DNA from: Paraspadella gotoi
Lineage: Eukaryota; Animalia; Chaetognatha
Length of the DNA: 63,969 bases
NCBI GenBank assembly: GCA_051294375.1
Contig: CM119265.1
Span: 20,491,160-20,555,128, forward strand
Reading direction: 5' to 3'
The notes beneath the pieces were generated by a model. The model worked only from the letters and a program-made list of their open reading frames with translations. It did no database searches and was not told the origin of the DNA. Positions 1 to 13,150 of the stretch are shown piece after piece (the stretch's first letter is position 1; each line of letters begins with the position of its first letter). The translations under genes and the position numbers were made by a program.

Positions 1-52
1 ATTTGTGGTTGGCAGAAGATACTTTTCACTTTTAGCGCGCGGAAACTCTCAC

Positions 53-240
53 CGAGTTTGTAAACATAGGTTGCTCCGCATTTTTTCGCCCGACATTCCG
101 TTCAACTCATTGAGCATTCTCGTGGACAACGAAGCTTGGACCCGCCTTCGTTTTACATTCATGCCGGCATTCGCGGCTGCATTGGTTGCTGTATATATTT
201 GTGTCGGCACCCAGCACCCTGCGTCGGCACCATGCGTCAT
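53..240 (-). CDS. Candidate coding exon of a - strand gene continuing off the left edge (MTHGADAGCWVPTQIYTATNAAANAGMNVKRRRVQASLSTRMLNELNGMSGEKMRSNLCLQT..)
   Basis: Complex GC-richer island with ATG at 240, open frame to a CG|GTGAGA donor (GT at 52-51, phase 2). No family recognised. Confidence 0.35.
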
Positions 241-505
241 CTCCCAACGTCGGCGCCCATCGTCGGCGCTCGCTCGGGGCCCCCTTTTTTCTCTCTCTTG
301 AGACTTGTCTTTTGTTTTCATTGTTTTGATGGATTTGTTGCGCGGCAGTTAAGACCATTAGACTTTTGTTTGCGATATGTTTTTTTTTTTTNNNNNNNNN
401 NNNNTGTTTGTATTGAGATGTCTCAACAGTTGAAACGTTAACACTGTATCGATTTACCTTACACCGTTATGAGGCATAATTCATAGGGAATATGAACGGA
501 ATAAC

Positions 506-563
506 GATACACAATCACTCTGAGTGTATAATTCGATACTCAATCACTCTTACTGTATAATTC
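506..563. repeat. Two-copy 29-bp tandem repeat
   Basis: GATACACAATCACTCTGAGTGTATAATTC followed by GATACTCAATCACTCTTACTGTATAATTC. Confidence 0.8.
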
Positions 564-1320
564 AGTCTGAAAAAAATAGTTTTTTTTCTCTCGCGTTGGG
601 ATTCGCTTCGCCTCGTCTCCCTTAACGACAAAAGCGAGATCGGGGACATGTGGTGGGCGTGTTAACGACTGAGCGANNNNNNNNNNNNNNNNNNNNNNNN
701 NNNNNNNNNNNNNNNNNNNNNNNNNNNNNNNNNNNNNNNNNNNNNNNNNNNNNNNNNNNNNNNNNNNNNNNNNNNNNNNNNNNNNNNNNNNNNNNNNNNN
801 NNNNNNNNNNNNNNNNNAGAGAGAAATTGGAGTTGAGAAGAAAAGAGAAAGTAAAACAGACCGAGAAAGAGTGTGAGATACACAACGATAATAACCATTT
901 TCATTTACTGCAAATTAAACTTGAAATGTTTATCTTGTTTATGTTTGTCTTTTTCTCCAAAACAAAAGCTAGATCTTGTGGCAAAATTTATATTTTCAGT
1001 TTGTCCCCAGAGAAAGGGAACAAATTTTTAAAGAAACATAAATTATCAAAAATATATCAACGATTTCCAAAATAAATGTTAAAAAAAATTCATTCTCTCT
1101 CTCTCNNNNNNNNNNNNNNNNNNNNNNNNNNNNNNNNNNNNNNNNNNNNNNNNNNNNNNNNNNNNNNNNNNNNNNNNNNNNNNNNNNNNNNNNNNNNNNN
1201 NNNNNNNNNNNNNNNNNNNNNNNNNNNNNNNNNNNNNNNNNNNNNNNNNNNNNNNNNNNNNNNNNNNNNNNNNNNNNNNNNNNNNNNNNNNNNNNNNNNN
1301 NNNNNNNNNNNNNNNNNNNN

Positions 1321-1354
<34 letters not shown>

Positions 1355-2339
1355 TCACGATCGCGACGATGATTTCCTTGCGACTGTTTACACGAATTGG
1401 TTTCCACCCTAACAGCAATTCTCTCCTCCTACTTTGTATCCGACTTTGAGCATCTTTTTTTAATCTCCCTCTCTCTCTTTTTCTCATTCTTTCCCATTCT
1501 GTACCCTCTCTTCTCTCTCTCCCTCCATTCTCTTCCTTTCCCTTGTATCCATTTTCTTGTCTCTTTCCATCTCTCTCACTCTTCCTTTTCTTTCATTCCT
1601 CCTCGTCTTCATAACTCTCTTTCCTCCCCTTCCTCCCTTTCGCCTTTCCTTTCCTCCCTTTCCTTCTCGACTTAATATTATCCTCCGTTTCTTTTCTTCA
1701 CTATCTTTCCTCTCTGTTACCCTTCCTTTCCTCCCTTTCCTCCACGACTTCATTTTATCCTCCATTTCCTCCCTTTCCTCCTCGACTTCTTCCTTTTTAT
1801 TCTTTCGCTTCCTCCATTTCCTTCTCCATTTCTTCCTGCAAGAAGACATCAATGGGTTTCGTTGCAGTTTTATTTGTCGACCCCATTTTCACCCCCATGT
1901 TCTTTCCTCCCTTCCTCCCTCTCCCTCCATGTTTCCACTTCGTTCGTCCTCTCTCCACCTCCTTTTCTTTTTCTCTCTTTACCTTTCCTCCTTTTCTTTC
2001 CTTTTTCTTTCCTTTTTCTTTTCCTCCTTCGAAGAAGAAATGATTTCTTCTTCGATCAAAACAGGAGGAAACGAGATCAACAAGCGACGTGAGGAGAGAA
2101 CGGAGAAACGAACGGAAGTAAGAAACGAACAAACGATGGAACGGAACGAGGGACTAATCACAGAACGAAGGATTAAAAAAAAAATACTTAAAGAGTGAAG
2201 AACGTGTAAAGAAAGTAGCGAAGGAGAAATTATTAAACAAATAAACAAACACACGAATAAACAAAGGCAAGAACAATAGCATTTGTTGCGTCCTGCCCAA
2301 TCGGGCATTCGTCGTTCTACTTTCGTATGTTCTCGACCC

Positions 2340-2352
2340 GTTGCTAAGCAAC
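2340..2352. promoter_or_regulatory. RFX X-box-like palindrome with nearby CCAAT (2297-2301)
   Basis: GTTGCT-A-AGCAAC, a perfect inverted repeat resembling the RFX consensus GTNRCC(N0-3)RGYAAC, in a short complex island. Confidence 0.45.
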
Positions 2353-4402
2353 CCGACCAACCGAATCGCGGATCAGAAAAAAAAAAAATAGAAAAAAAAG
2401 AAGAAATTATCGGAAATTCGTCAAAAAGTTTTTTTTTTCTCGCGAAGAAGAAAATGAGGATCTCAATTTCCATCTAATCCGGACATCATGGAGAGGAGGA
2501 AGAGTGGGAAGAANNNNNNNNNNNNNNNNNNNNNNNNNNNNNNNNNNNNNNNNNNNNNNNNNNNNNNNNNNNNNNNNNNNNNNNNNNNNNNNNNNNNNNN
2601 NNNNNNNNNNNNNNNNNNNNNNNNNNNNNNNNNNNNNNNNNNNNNNNNNNNNNNNNNNNNNNNNNNNNNNNNNNNNNNNNNNNNNNNNNNNNNNNNNNNN
2701 NNNNNNNNNNNNNNNNNNNNNNNNNNNNNNNNNNNNNNNNNNNNNNNNNNNNNNNNNNNNNNNNNNNNNNNNNNNNNNNNNNNNNNNNNNNNNNNNNNNN
2801 NNNNNNNNNNNNNNNNNNNNNNNNNNNNNNNNNNNNNNNNNNNNNNNNNNNNNNNNNNNNNNNNNNNNNNNNNNNNNNNNNNNNNNNNNNNNNNNNNNNN
2901 NNNNNNNNNNNNNNNNNNNNNNNNNNNNNNNNNNNNNNNNNNNNNNNNNNNNNNNNNNNNNNNNNNNNNNNNNNNNNNNNNNNNNNNNNNNNNNNNNNNN
3001 NNNNNNNNNNNNNNNNNNNNNNNNNNNNNNNNNNNNNNNNNNNNNNNNNNNNNNAGAAAGAGGGACAGGATGAGTAAGAAGAGAGAAATGGAGAAGAGAA
3101 GACAGAAGAAATGAGAGATAATTCGGGCAAGGGCGGACAGAGGAGGCAGTGGATTTAGAGAACTTAAAGATGAAATAAAAATCGAGTTAAANNNNNNNNN
3201 NNNNNNNNNNNNNNNNNNNNNNNNNNNNNNNNNNNNNNNNNNNNNNNNNNNNNNNNNNNNNNNNNNNNNNNNNNNNNNNNNNNNNNNNNNNNNNNNNNNN
3301 NNNNNNNNNNNNNNNNNNNNNNNTGAGTCAACGCTAAACACTCTTCCAACGTCGTCCGGGAACTAAATACAGAAAAAAAAATGTTAAAACTTTATTCCGA
3401 CAAAAAAATGAAAAAAATAAAAGGAGAGAAAAAAAAATGGGGACGTGCATCGGTCGGCGCGACGGAGCGGAAAGTCAGCATGAAAAAATGGAAAGAGGGA
3501 AAAAGAGAGAAAAAAAAAGGGAAAAAAAGAAAAAAACGAGGGAAAATTGAAAAAAAAAGCAGAAAGTAATAAAAAAATAGGAAAAAAAAGAGAAGAGATT
3601 AAAACGAGAGGAGAAAGTGAAATGAGAGACGAAGTCAGTTTATTGTCGGGATGAAAATATGAGATGTTACAAGATGTGAAAAAAATAATATTTTTAATTA
3701 TATTAAATAATATTATACTAATGTTCAGATACAGCAACAACAATTTGGATTTGGAGCAATCGCCTCATAAAGTGTATTATATGGAATGAAAAAAAAAAGT
3801 AGTATTAGTGATGGATGAAAAAAAAAAATTTAAATTTTTGACGACGTTTCTCAAGAGTTATTATTCATTATCTAATAAATATTACTATATATTACTAATG
3901 ACACGTTTCATTTTTTCCTCCCCTTTTTTTCCCTTCCTGCCATCGTTCGAAGCAACCAAAGGTAAGTTCAAGAAACCAAATTCACAAAAAAAAATTCTCT
4001 CTTTATGAATGAATGAAATGCGAACATGAGTTTATTGACCGATTGAACGATTAAATTTTAGTGAAGAACAAAAAAAAAAAAAAAAACAACAAAGAAATGA
4101 GTCACCGAAGTCCACAATTCCTCCTCCTCCTCCTCCTCCTCCTCCTCCTCTCACCTCCTTAAACCTAGAAAATTTATTCGTCGTCAACCGCCGGGTCCTC
4201 CACACTTTTCCTAATCCATCAAAACCCCCCCTAAACCCTAACCCCAACATCTTCCCCATCATCTCGTCCTTCGTCTTCCCCATCATTACCCCCATCATCT
4301 TCCCAGCAACATCCGTTGGCCTCCATCTGACCTCCTGATGCGACGAAGTTCCATCAGGTGGAAAATAACCGCGACCGAACCTCTCTCATCCTCTCTCATC
4401 GC

Positions 4403-4407
<5 letters not shown>

Positions 4408-4460
<53 letters not shown>
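4408..4460. repeat. (CT)n microsatellite, representative of dozens of AG/CT tracts
   Basis: Direct inspection. Similar tracts at about 8270-8354, 50035-50112, 51280-51350, 58795-58855, 62050-62180 and 63400-63475. Confidence 0.95.
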
Positions 4461-4464
<4 letters not shown>

Positions 4465-5150
4465 CGATTTCATTTCGCCCGGTGCAACGCCCCTCAATCA
4501 CGGGAGAGGGCCAGTTGCCAAAGTTTGGGACCCTTTCATTACGAGAACGACGGCGACGACGAACGACGAAGGTGACCCCTAGTTGTCACGCTTCGGGTTC
4601 GACGACTTTGTTCTTTTGTTTTGCGGAGACCCCGTTTCTTTTCCTCTTGTTTCCTTTTTTTGTTTTGCGAAGAACTCCGTTTCGTCGTCGTCGTCGTCGT
4701 CGTTTTTTGCTACAAAGAAAACAGATTGCGATCGGCACCCAAGTATTTGCATTTTATATTCGAAAATCAATACGTACCTGACGTGAGAATCAAGGTAGTT
4801 GCAAAATTAAACGCTTAGCTAAAATAATTTAAAAATAATAAGTTAGAAAGTTTTGGTAATTGTATGACGTTTAAACCGTCTAGATATTATATCTCCGAAA
4901 TGTTCTTTTTTAGCTTTTATCACTCCAACCCCTTTGTCACTTGGGTTTTTAACAAAGGACGACGACAACGACAACAATAGAAATGTCGGTAAATTCCACT
5001 CACCAACGGAAAAGGAAATCAAGCTGTTGATTTAAAACCGCTTTTATGGCATCGGGACATCAAGTGGAAACAAAAAAATCTGATCAACATTAAAAGACAG
5101 AACTATTCACTTCGAACAGCCCGTTTAGAAAAATCAATCCAACACCACAT

Positions 5151-5197
5151 TCACCACTACGATCACCACTACGATCACCACCACGATCACCACGATC
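5151..5197. repeat. 12-bp minisatellite (CACCACTACGAT), about 3.5 copies
   Basis: tcaccactacga tcaccactacga tcaccaccacga tcaccacgat. Confidence 0.8.
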
Positions 5198-6143
5198 GCA
5201 ACGAAACTCAATTTCTGAGAAATTTGAAACGGTTAAAAAGGTTGGGTCCTTCGGGGGAAGAAAGGGACCTTCCTACGTTGTGGGAGTAAAACTTGGAAGA
5301 GAAAAAAAGGAGAAAAGGAAGAGAAAAAAAAAAGGAAGGAGAAACAAAGGGAAAAAAACATAGGAGGGTGTAAAGGAAGGAGCTGAAAGCAGAGGGGTAA
5401 AGAATAAAAAAATTAGGGGAAAAATATCAATACGGAAATAAGAAGAAGAAAAAAGATAAAAAAAATAATAAGAAAATGAGAAATAAGAAAAGCGAAGTTT
5501 GAGGGAAATCGAGTATAAGGAATAACGCAAAACGAATTCCTTCAAAAGTCGAGACTTGTTCACGCAATGATTTTAAATAGAATGTGGAAATAGTTTTGAC
5601 TTTACGAGTATTACGGAATATTTTTGATTTAATTTCGTTTGTTATTCGAAAATTAATGAAATCATTAGCTTTGACAAGATCGAGTTCGATTGATTGATTT
5701 GTAATTTACAGAGAAAGTTTAAATAAAACTAGAATTAGAAAAAATTCTCTATGGTTAAAAATAGATTTATCAAGGAACCGACAAATAACCGAATAAATGA
5801 TAAACTGAGACAGTGTCAGAGAGAGTGAATGAGTTTTGAGTATTGCGATCGACGCATCGAAAAAAGAAATATATTCTTTTCAGTAACAGGTTTCTCTTTT
5901 TCCTCCCTATTCTTTTTTTTTGTGCCTTTTCGTGTTTTGGCAAAGAATCGATTTTTTTTGGTATGACTCATTCGAAATATTATTTCAGATTGAACTTTAT
6001 CGTAATTTTTTATTCTTATCGCTCACCAAAAAAAAAGTCTTTGTTTGGTTTCCTGATTAGTTATTTAGTTGATTGACATTAATTCATTTATTTTTTTTAA
6101 CTCTCTCTCCTTTTTTTTCCTATTTCTTGATTTTTTTCTCCCG

Positions 6144-6310
<167 letters not shown>

Positions 6311-6818
6311 ATTTTGGTTTTCTCTTTTGAACAATTTATCGGATTTTTGTGCTCCCGTTGTCATGGAGACTAACGAAACAAAGGAGAAAACCGGGACGAA
6401 AACAACGACGACGACAACGACGACGACAACGCGCGCGATTCGTGAGCGAAGCTGCGCACAACTCAGGATTCGAGCGATGAGTCGACAACAACAACAACAA
6501 TTATGACGATGATGACGAAAATTTAGACTAAGTTAGACGCGATCAGGAATAACAAATTACTTGATTTACTTGGTTTACTTAGTAATAGAAACGAGAGAGA
6601 GAGTTTGTGAAAGAAAGAGAAAGAATAGCGGACGAAACGAAGAAGGTGGAGAGAGAGAGAGAGAGAGGAGCACGAGTAGAGAGAGAGGAGAAATGAAATA
6701 TTTCATCATCCCGCTCTTTTTATCGTTACAGTCGGAAAGTAGAATAAGCCGTTAAGTCAGATTTTAATTCGGGTTAATCCGGCAACGTTTGGGCGATAAA
6801 CGCCTAATTTAATTTCCT

Positions 6819-6856
<38 letters not shown>

Positions 6857-7630
6857 CTCCTTCTCTCTCTCTCTCTCTCCTCTCTTCATTTTTGTTTTAA
6901 TACAATTGCAAGAATTTCGCAAGGATTTTGTCTTGGCAGTTAATCAGGCTTTTCACTTTCATTTTACTTATGTTTTTGTTAAAATTTTTTATCCAATAAT
7001 TCAAACAAAGATTCAAAAGAACGTAAAACTATTTTTTAGTGATTTTTTTTTCCACCGTCGCTAAGGAAAAAAGGAAATTTGTCCGCGTAAACAAAAAACG
7101 AGAATCGGCGAAGACGAAAAAAACACATTTCGTCGATGGTAAGTTAGGTAAGGAGAATAAGGGACCAACGTAGGAGGAGGGAGGAGAAGAGCGGAAAGGA
7201 AGGAAAAAAATCACACAGGCATAACAATCCCTCTCTTACGCAAACACCGAAAAAAAAAAAAGGAAACAATAAGTCGAAACTAGTAAAAAAAAAAAAAAAG
7301 GAAAAGAAAAAAAGAAAAGAGAAAACTGGGAAAACCGTCAATCCACAACGATAAAGAGGTTTGCTTTCTTTTTTTTTGTTTGTTTATTTTATGTTTATTT
7401 TAACCGTGACGAAACATATTGTTTTCTTTGAATTCGAGAAACCGATTCGGTTGGGTGTTTTTGAGGACAATGATGCTGTTGAATAAGTAATTCTACATTC
7501 TGTGCTTTACTTTAGTATTGAGTAAAAGTTTAAAAATATGTTGTTGTATATTACTCTCTTTTCGTTGTTTTTTTGAAAGTATTAGGAGAAAAACAGAAAT
7601 TTGGTTTGACAACGATTTATTTGACATAAT

Positions 7631-7677
7631 TAGCCAGACATGTTTCGGTCATTCAGTTAAGAGCCTTCATCAGTGCT
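7631..7677 (-). ncRNA. Minimal type I hammerhead ribozyme of the Penelope-like-element-associated kind
   Basis: Minus strand reads AGCA-CTGATGA-A-GGCTC-TTAACTGAAT-GACC-GAAA-CATG-TC/TGGCT. It has an intact CUGAUGA and GAAA core, stem II GG(C)UC/GACC, palindromic ACAUGU stem III, a GUC cleavage triplet (cut between 7637 and 7636), a short bulged stem I and AATAAA at 7621-7616. Confidence 0.6.
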
Positions 7678-8269
7678 TGACAATCAATATAGTTTAAATA
7701 TGTAAAAATCACCATTTGAAGAAAAAAAAATACTGAAATTTTTAAAAGAACGTAAAAAGGACAATGAAAGTTTCACAATGAGTAATAGTCCTTTAAAAAT
7801 CCATGATAGCAGCGATAAGCCTTAAAAAATTGAGACCAGAAAAACTTTCAAAGGGAAACTTTAAATATGTAGTTCTAGGTTTGGCAAATTGAAAAAGTGA
7901 GACGGTTGAAAATTAAAAAGATGAGGCAATATCGCGCCAAAAGAGACATGCGAATAAGAGACAAGACGACTGCCCGCCAAACAGAAAAGGTCACACGCTT
8001 TTTGACTCGAACTATTTTATTCCAGTCATTCGCTCCGCCCTCTGGCATCCAAATTGACGAGAAACAAATAAAATTACTATTTTTAAATTTTTTTTGGAAA
8101 CGAAATCCTTGGAATCTTGTTCTCTCGAATTCTTTTTCGAAAAGAAGAAAAAAGAAAATTTGAAAATTTACTGTGGGTTTTTTTTTTTTCTCTGTTTGAG
8201 ACCAAAAAAAAAAAAAAGAGCCCATTACGGATTTTCGTTGAGATTACCTGAAAACAAAAGAGGAAGAGA

Positions 8270-8359
<90 letters not shown>

Positions 8360-8695
8360 AATAAAAAGAAATATATGTAATTAAAACTTCATTTCAAATT
8401 TGAACGGCAAATCTTATTAACAACTTAATATCTGCGATCTCATTCTCCTGACTGCTTTTGAATTATCCCTCCTTTCATTTATATTTCACTTCCTTTTCTT
8501 CCATCTAATATTTTAATACTTTCTTCTTGTTATTTTATCTCTCTAATATTTTTTTCATTTCTCTTTTTTATTTCCTTTCTTCTTCCTTCTTGCTTTTTTT
8601 TTTCATTCACTTCGCTACAATTTTTTTCTGCGACAAGCAAACATCTCTCTCTATCTTCCTATTCCTCTTTTCTCTCTTTCTCTCTTTCTCTCTCT

Positions 8696-8738
<43 letters not shown>

Positions 8739-8877
8739 CTCTCTCTTCTCTCTCTCCTCTCTCTCTCTCTCGCTGTTTCACGAAAGAAGCAAGGTAACAC
8801 GAATCCGTTCTAATTGGCAACAAAGCGAAACTCGTTTCCGGATTTTTGCAAATTTCTCTCTCTCTCTCTAACTCTCT

Positions 8878-8971
8878 CTCTATCTATCTATCTATCTATC
8901 TATCATCTATCTATCTATCTAATATCTATCTATCTACTAATCCTATCTATCTCTATCTATCTATCTATCTA

Positions 8972-9038
<67 letters not shown>

Positions 9039-9060
9039 ATTCTACTCTATCTATCTATCT
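8878..9060. repeat. (TATC)n/(CT)n compound microsatellite
   Basis: Direct inspection. Confidence 0.9.
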
Positions 9061-9143
9061 TTTCTCTCCTCTCTCCTTCTCCTCCTCTCTCTCTCTCTCT
9101 CTCTTCTCTCTCTATCACNNNNNNNNNNNNNNNNNNNNNNNNN

Positions 9144-10393
9144 AAAAAAAAACCCACAGTAAATTCAAATTTTCTTTTTTCTTCTTTCGAAAAAGAATTC
9201 GAGAAGAACAGAGATTCCAAGGATTTCGTTTCCAAAAAAAATTTAAAAATAGTAATTTTATTTGTTCTCGTCAATTTGGATGCCAGAGGCGGAGGCGAAT
9301 GACTGGAATTAAAATAGTCCCGAGTCAAAAGCGTTGACCTTTTGTTTGCGCAGCGTCTTGTCTCTTATTCGCAATGTCTCTTTTTGGCGCGATTGCCTCA
9401 TCTTTTATTTTCACCGTCTCACTTTTTCAATTTGCCAAACCTGAAACTACATAATTTAAATTTCCCTTTGAAAGTTTTTCCTGGTCTCAATTTTTAAGGC
9501 TTATCGCTGCTATCGATGGATTTTTAAAGACTATTACTCATTGTGAAAACTTTCANNNNNNNNNNNNNNNNNNNNNNNNNNNNNNNNNNNNNNNNNNNNN
9601 NNNNNNNNNNNNNNNNNNNNNNNNNNNNNNNNNNNNNNNNNNNNNNNNNNNNNNNNNNNNNNNNNNNNNNNNNNNNNNNNNNNNNNNNNNNNNNNNNNNN
9701 NNNNNNNNNNNNNNNNNNNNNNNNNNNNNNNNNNNNNNNNNNNNNNNNNNNNNNNNNNNNNNNNNNNNNNNNNNNNNNNNNNNNNNNNNNNNNNNNNNNN
9801 CAACAGCATCATTGTCCTCAAAAAACCACAACCGAATCGGTTTCTCGAATTCAAAGAAACAATATGTTTCGTCACGGTTTAAAAATAAAACATAAAAATA
9901 AACAAAACACAAAAAAAAGAAAGCAAACCTCTTATCGGTGATTGACAGTTTTCCCTGTTTTTCCTTTTCTTTTCTTTTCCTTTTTTTTTTTTACTAGTTT
10001 CGACTTATTTTTCCCTTTTTTTTCGGTGTTTGCGTAAGAGAGAGGATTGTTATGCCTGTGTGATTTTTTTCTTCCTCTTCCGCTCTTCCTCCTCCTCTTC
10101 CTCCTACGTTGGTCCCTTATTCTCCTTACCTAACTTACCATCACGAAATCGTGTTTTTTCGTCCTTCGCGATTCTCGTTTTTTTGTTTACGCGGACAAAT
10201 TTCCTTTTTCCTTAGCGACGGTGGAAAAAAAAATCACTAAAAATAGTTTTTACGTCTTTTGAATCTTTTGTTTGAATTATTGGATAAAAAATTTTAAAAC
10301 AAATAAGTAAAAAAATGAAAGGTGAAAAGCCTGATTAACTGCCAAAGACAAATCCTTGCGAAATTCTTGCAATTGTACAAAAATGAGAGAGAG
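9144..10393 (-). repeat. Inverted copy of about 6870-8190, bounded by two 25-N gaps (probable assembly duplicate)
   Basis: 9144 aaaacccacagtaaatt is the reverse complement of about 8165-8190; 9801 caacagcatcattgtcctcaaaaa is the reverse complement of about 7457-7481. Differences are mostly 1-bp indels. The internal N gap 9556-9800 corresponds to about 7482-7764. Confidence 0.85.
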
Positions 10394-11959
10394 NNNNNNN
10401 NNNNNNNNNNNNNNNNNNTGGGAGATGTCGAGATGGAGACGGCGTAGTCGACGCGGTTGCAAACTGTTTTTTGATACGTGATTGGGCCATTGGGAAAATG
10501 TTATTTATATTGATTTTTATAATAAAACGAAAATTTTTAAAAATCCGGATTTTAATGCACCTCTGGCTCTTTTCCGTTCCGATCGTCCATTAACACCATC
10601 TTCGGACGCTACGGTTTTCTATCGATAATCTAACAAAGTTGTTTGGCGTTCATTGTCAATTCGAAATTATGTTTCTTTATTCTTCTCGGTTTGTTTCGAA
10701 ATTTTTTTGCGGTTCCATGTTCCTGCGTGAAGTGAACGTGAGTGAGTTCCTGAAGATTTGTGTAAGGGCATAAAGTATTAAAGTCACATATGGATAAAAT
10801 AATTGGATTCACTGTTTAATTATTTCATGACAATTCTCGGCTTCTTCAGAGAATAGAGAAAAAACCTTTCTTTCTCCAGCAGAAATATCCCCGGTAACTG
10901 AGCTTCACAGGTCACAGAATATTTCTTCGTTTCGTTAAATGTTTTTGAAATGATCGAACGCGAGAAGTTATCACTTGCTAGGAATATAAGTATTTCCGGC
11001 CGAAACCTTATGTTCATGTATGAACACAAGGATTTGGTATCATCGTCAAGAGAGACTGGAACTTTGGTTTAAGTTGCCCAAAGATTTCGATGCGTCAAAA
11101 TCATTGTGGGCTGCCAGATGGTCAAACGTCGATGGCAGGGGAACAGGTCGTATCCAAGTGTGTCGTTCTTCTGTCAGATCCTTAAAATAAGTTCTAGGAT
11201 AGTTGAATCGTAAAACGCCACAGAGTCATGCAAAGAAATGCGCTATCTAAAATTTTTTTTTAAAAATTAAGGAATTCTTTTTCTAGTTTATCAATATTTT
11301 GCCGCTTGCTGAACCCTACAGAAGGCGGTAACGAGCAGACCTGAAAATCTTTGCCACTGCGGCTTCTCTGTCCCACATGTGTCTGTAACATGGCGACAGT
11401 TTTGTAACACAACCTTAATTTCTATGTACCATCGAGAACCATTTTTTTTATTGATTTATTGGTAAAATGTTAGATTTTATCGATTCTGACTATAAAGAGA
11501 GAAGATAGAAGAACATAACAAGCATATAATTTTAATATATAAAAAACAAAAAATGGGAATTATAAAATAAAAAGAAAAATTTTATATAAAAAATTATATA
11601 TATTACGTACATAGTAATAATATAAAGCAATTAAAAAAAAAGAGAAAAGTACCCAAAGGAACAGGTATGCCAGGTACTTACGGATGCCACAAGCTACTGG
11701 CTAATACAATTTTTAATGCCTCCTCGAAAACCAGATGTAGCGCATAAAAAAATTTTATCTATGATAGCTTACAAAAAAAAACATCAAAATGAGACCAAAG
11801 GTTCTCCGTCGAAGAAGATTCACTCGAGAAAAAATAACATAAAGAAAAAAAAATAAAAAAATAACAAAACAGTTCAGGCAGATAATATAATATGCAACGT
11901 CATAACTCACCCGTCCTCTTTGCACAACACTTTTCCTTTTTTCCACTTTCCTTCACACT

Positions 11960-12250
11960 TCGATTGTCCATACAGCTCAAAATTCCATGGTACGTCAGTG
12001 TAAGACAGCAGTCGGAGGCGCGTCAGGAAGGTCCGACAATATCGCCCAATGGTCGCAAGAGGAAAGATCTTCTCCAGACACGTGCAGATTCGGTTACTTT
12101 CCTGATCTTCTTTCGGTGACAATCTCGCTCAGGCTAGACGAGCAGTCCGTTGGGGGCTTTGGAATCGGATCGTCGGAAGTGTGCCGATGGGCGGATTGTG
12201 GGAGTAGTAGGTAGTTTCGATTGCAAGGAATCATTCCGAGGGCGCACGTT
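11960..12250 (-). CDS. Candidate internal exon of an unidentified - strand gene (frameshifted; donor end approximate)
   Basis: TTTTCTTTCAG acceptor (AG at 12252-12251) followed by GC-rich coding-like sequence whose open frames swap, e.g. ..TSDDPIPKPPTDCSSSLSEIV.. and ..DQESNRICTCLEKIFPLATIGRYC.. Confidence 0.25.
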
Positions 12251-12619
12251 CTGAAAGAAAAATATAATACTTTGAGTGTTGGTTGATGTGTTAATTTTTC
12301 ATTCTTGATGTGTCTGTGTAGTATTGGGGTAATCCCAACATGATTATTCGCGCGATTTTTGCCTACAGGAGAGCAATATGTAAGCTCTCTTGATCACTAT
12401 AAATTAGAATTTTAAAAACTGACATCGACGCCGACATGCTTTTTGATAGGTCGAAGTCGTAATTCGTCCTTCTATATCTCTATTCCCGGAGTCGTCGGGA
12501 GATCGGAATGTAGACTTTGAGAGTTATCGGGAGAAATTTGAAGGTGTTGAATTAAGATGAGACGAGTGAGTAGGGTGAAGAGGAGGATTGTGAGAGTAGA
12601 GGAAAAGGAGAGAGATTGC

Positions 12620-13030
12620 TCTATCCTATCCTTCTGCCACCGACTTTTCAACCGCACCTTCATCCCATTGCGCTCCCGACGGCCGAACGCGACCGGCGCT
12701 CTTTCGAAGAACCCCGGTTCTCGCAACCCTCGACCGCGCGGGGTCGAAGGCGCGGTAAATGACTCGAAGAGTAGACGCGGCTTCGGAAGTGCAGTTTGTG
12801 GAATCTCTGGGCCGAAGACGATGTCTTCGCGAGGATGAAAAGCCGGCGCCAGAATCGGAGGACGAGTTTGGGGGCGTCGGCGGCTCGGTAGCTCGGAAAG
12901 ATCGCGGTGGGCTTAGGGTGGCTCGATGAGAGGGGTTGGTCTCTTGAAGGTGGGAACAAATGCGGTTTCGCCCTTCAGCAGATCCTTAAGCTTCAGAGCC
13001 GTATGTTAAAATCGCCGAAAACCTTTGCTG
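12620..13030 (-). CDS. Candidate Pro/Arg-rich exon of the same - strand gene (boundaries approximate, indels)
   Basis: GC-rich island giving ..LKLKDLLKGETAFVPTFKRPTPLIEPP.. and ..RPPILAPAFHPREDIVFGPEIPQTALPKPRLLFESF.. separated by an in-frame TAA that would have to be a read error. Confidence 0.3.
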
Positions 13031-13150
13031 ATGCAATAGAATCTCTAATTGACTATTCGTGTTCTAATAGTGGACGAGGATTTAAGTGTTCCAAGTAAAA
13101 GTCAACAAGTAGATTGCGGCTGTTCGTGTTGGATTTTGTTATTGACTCAC

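Noticed and set aside
622-3349. Long ORFs spanning N gaps
   Set aside because: They are open only because Ns contain no stop codons.
7795-7900. Minus-strand frame containing ..SFSGLN.. upstream of the hammerhead as a GIY-YIG C-terminal remnant
   Set aside because: Only a three-residue coincidence; other endonuclease motifs are absent.
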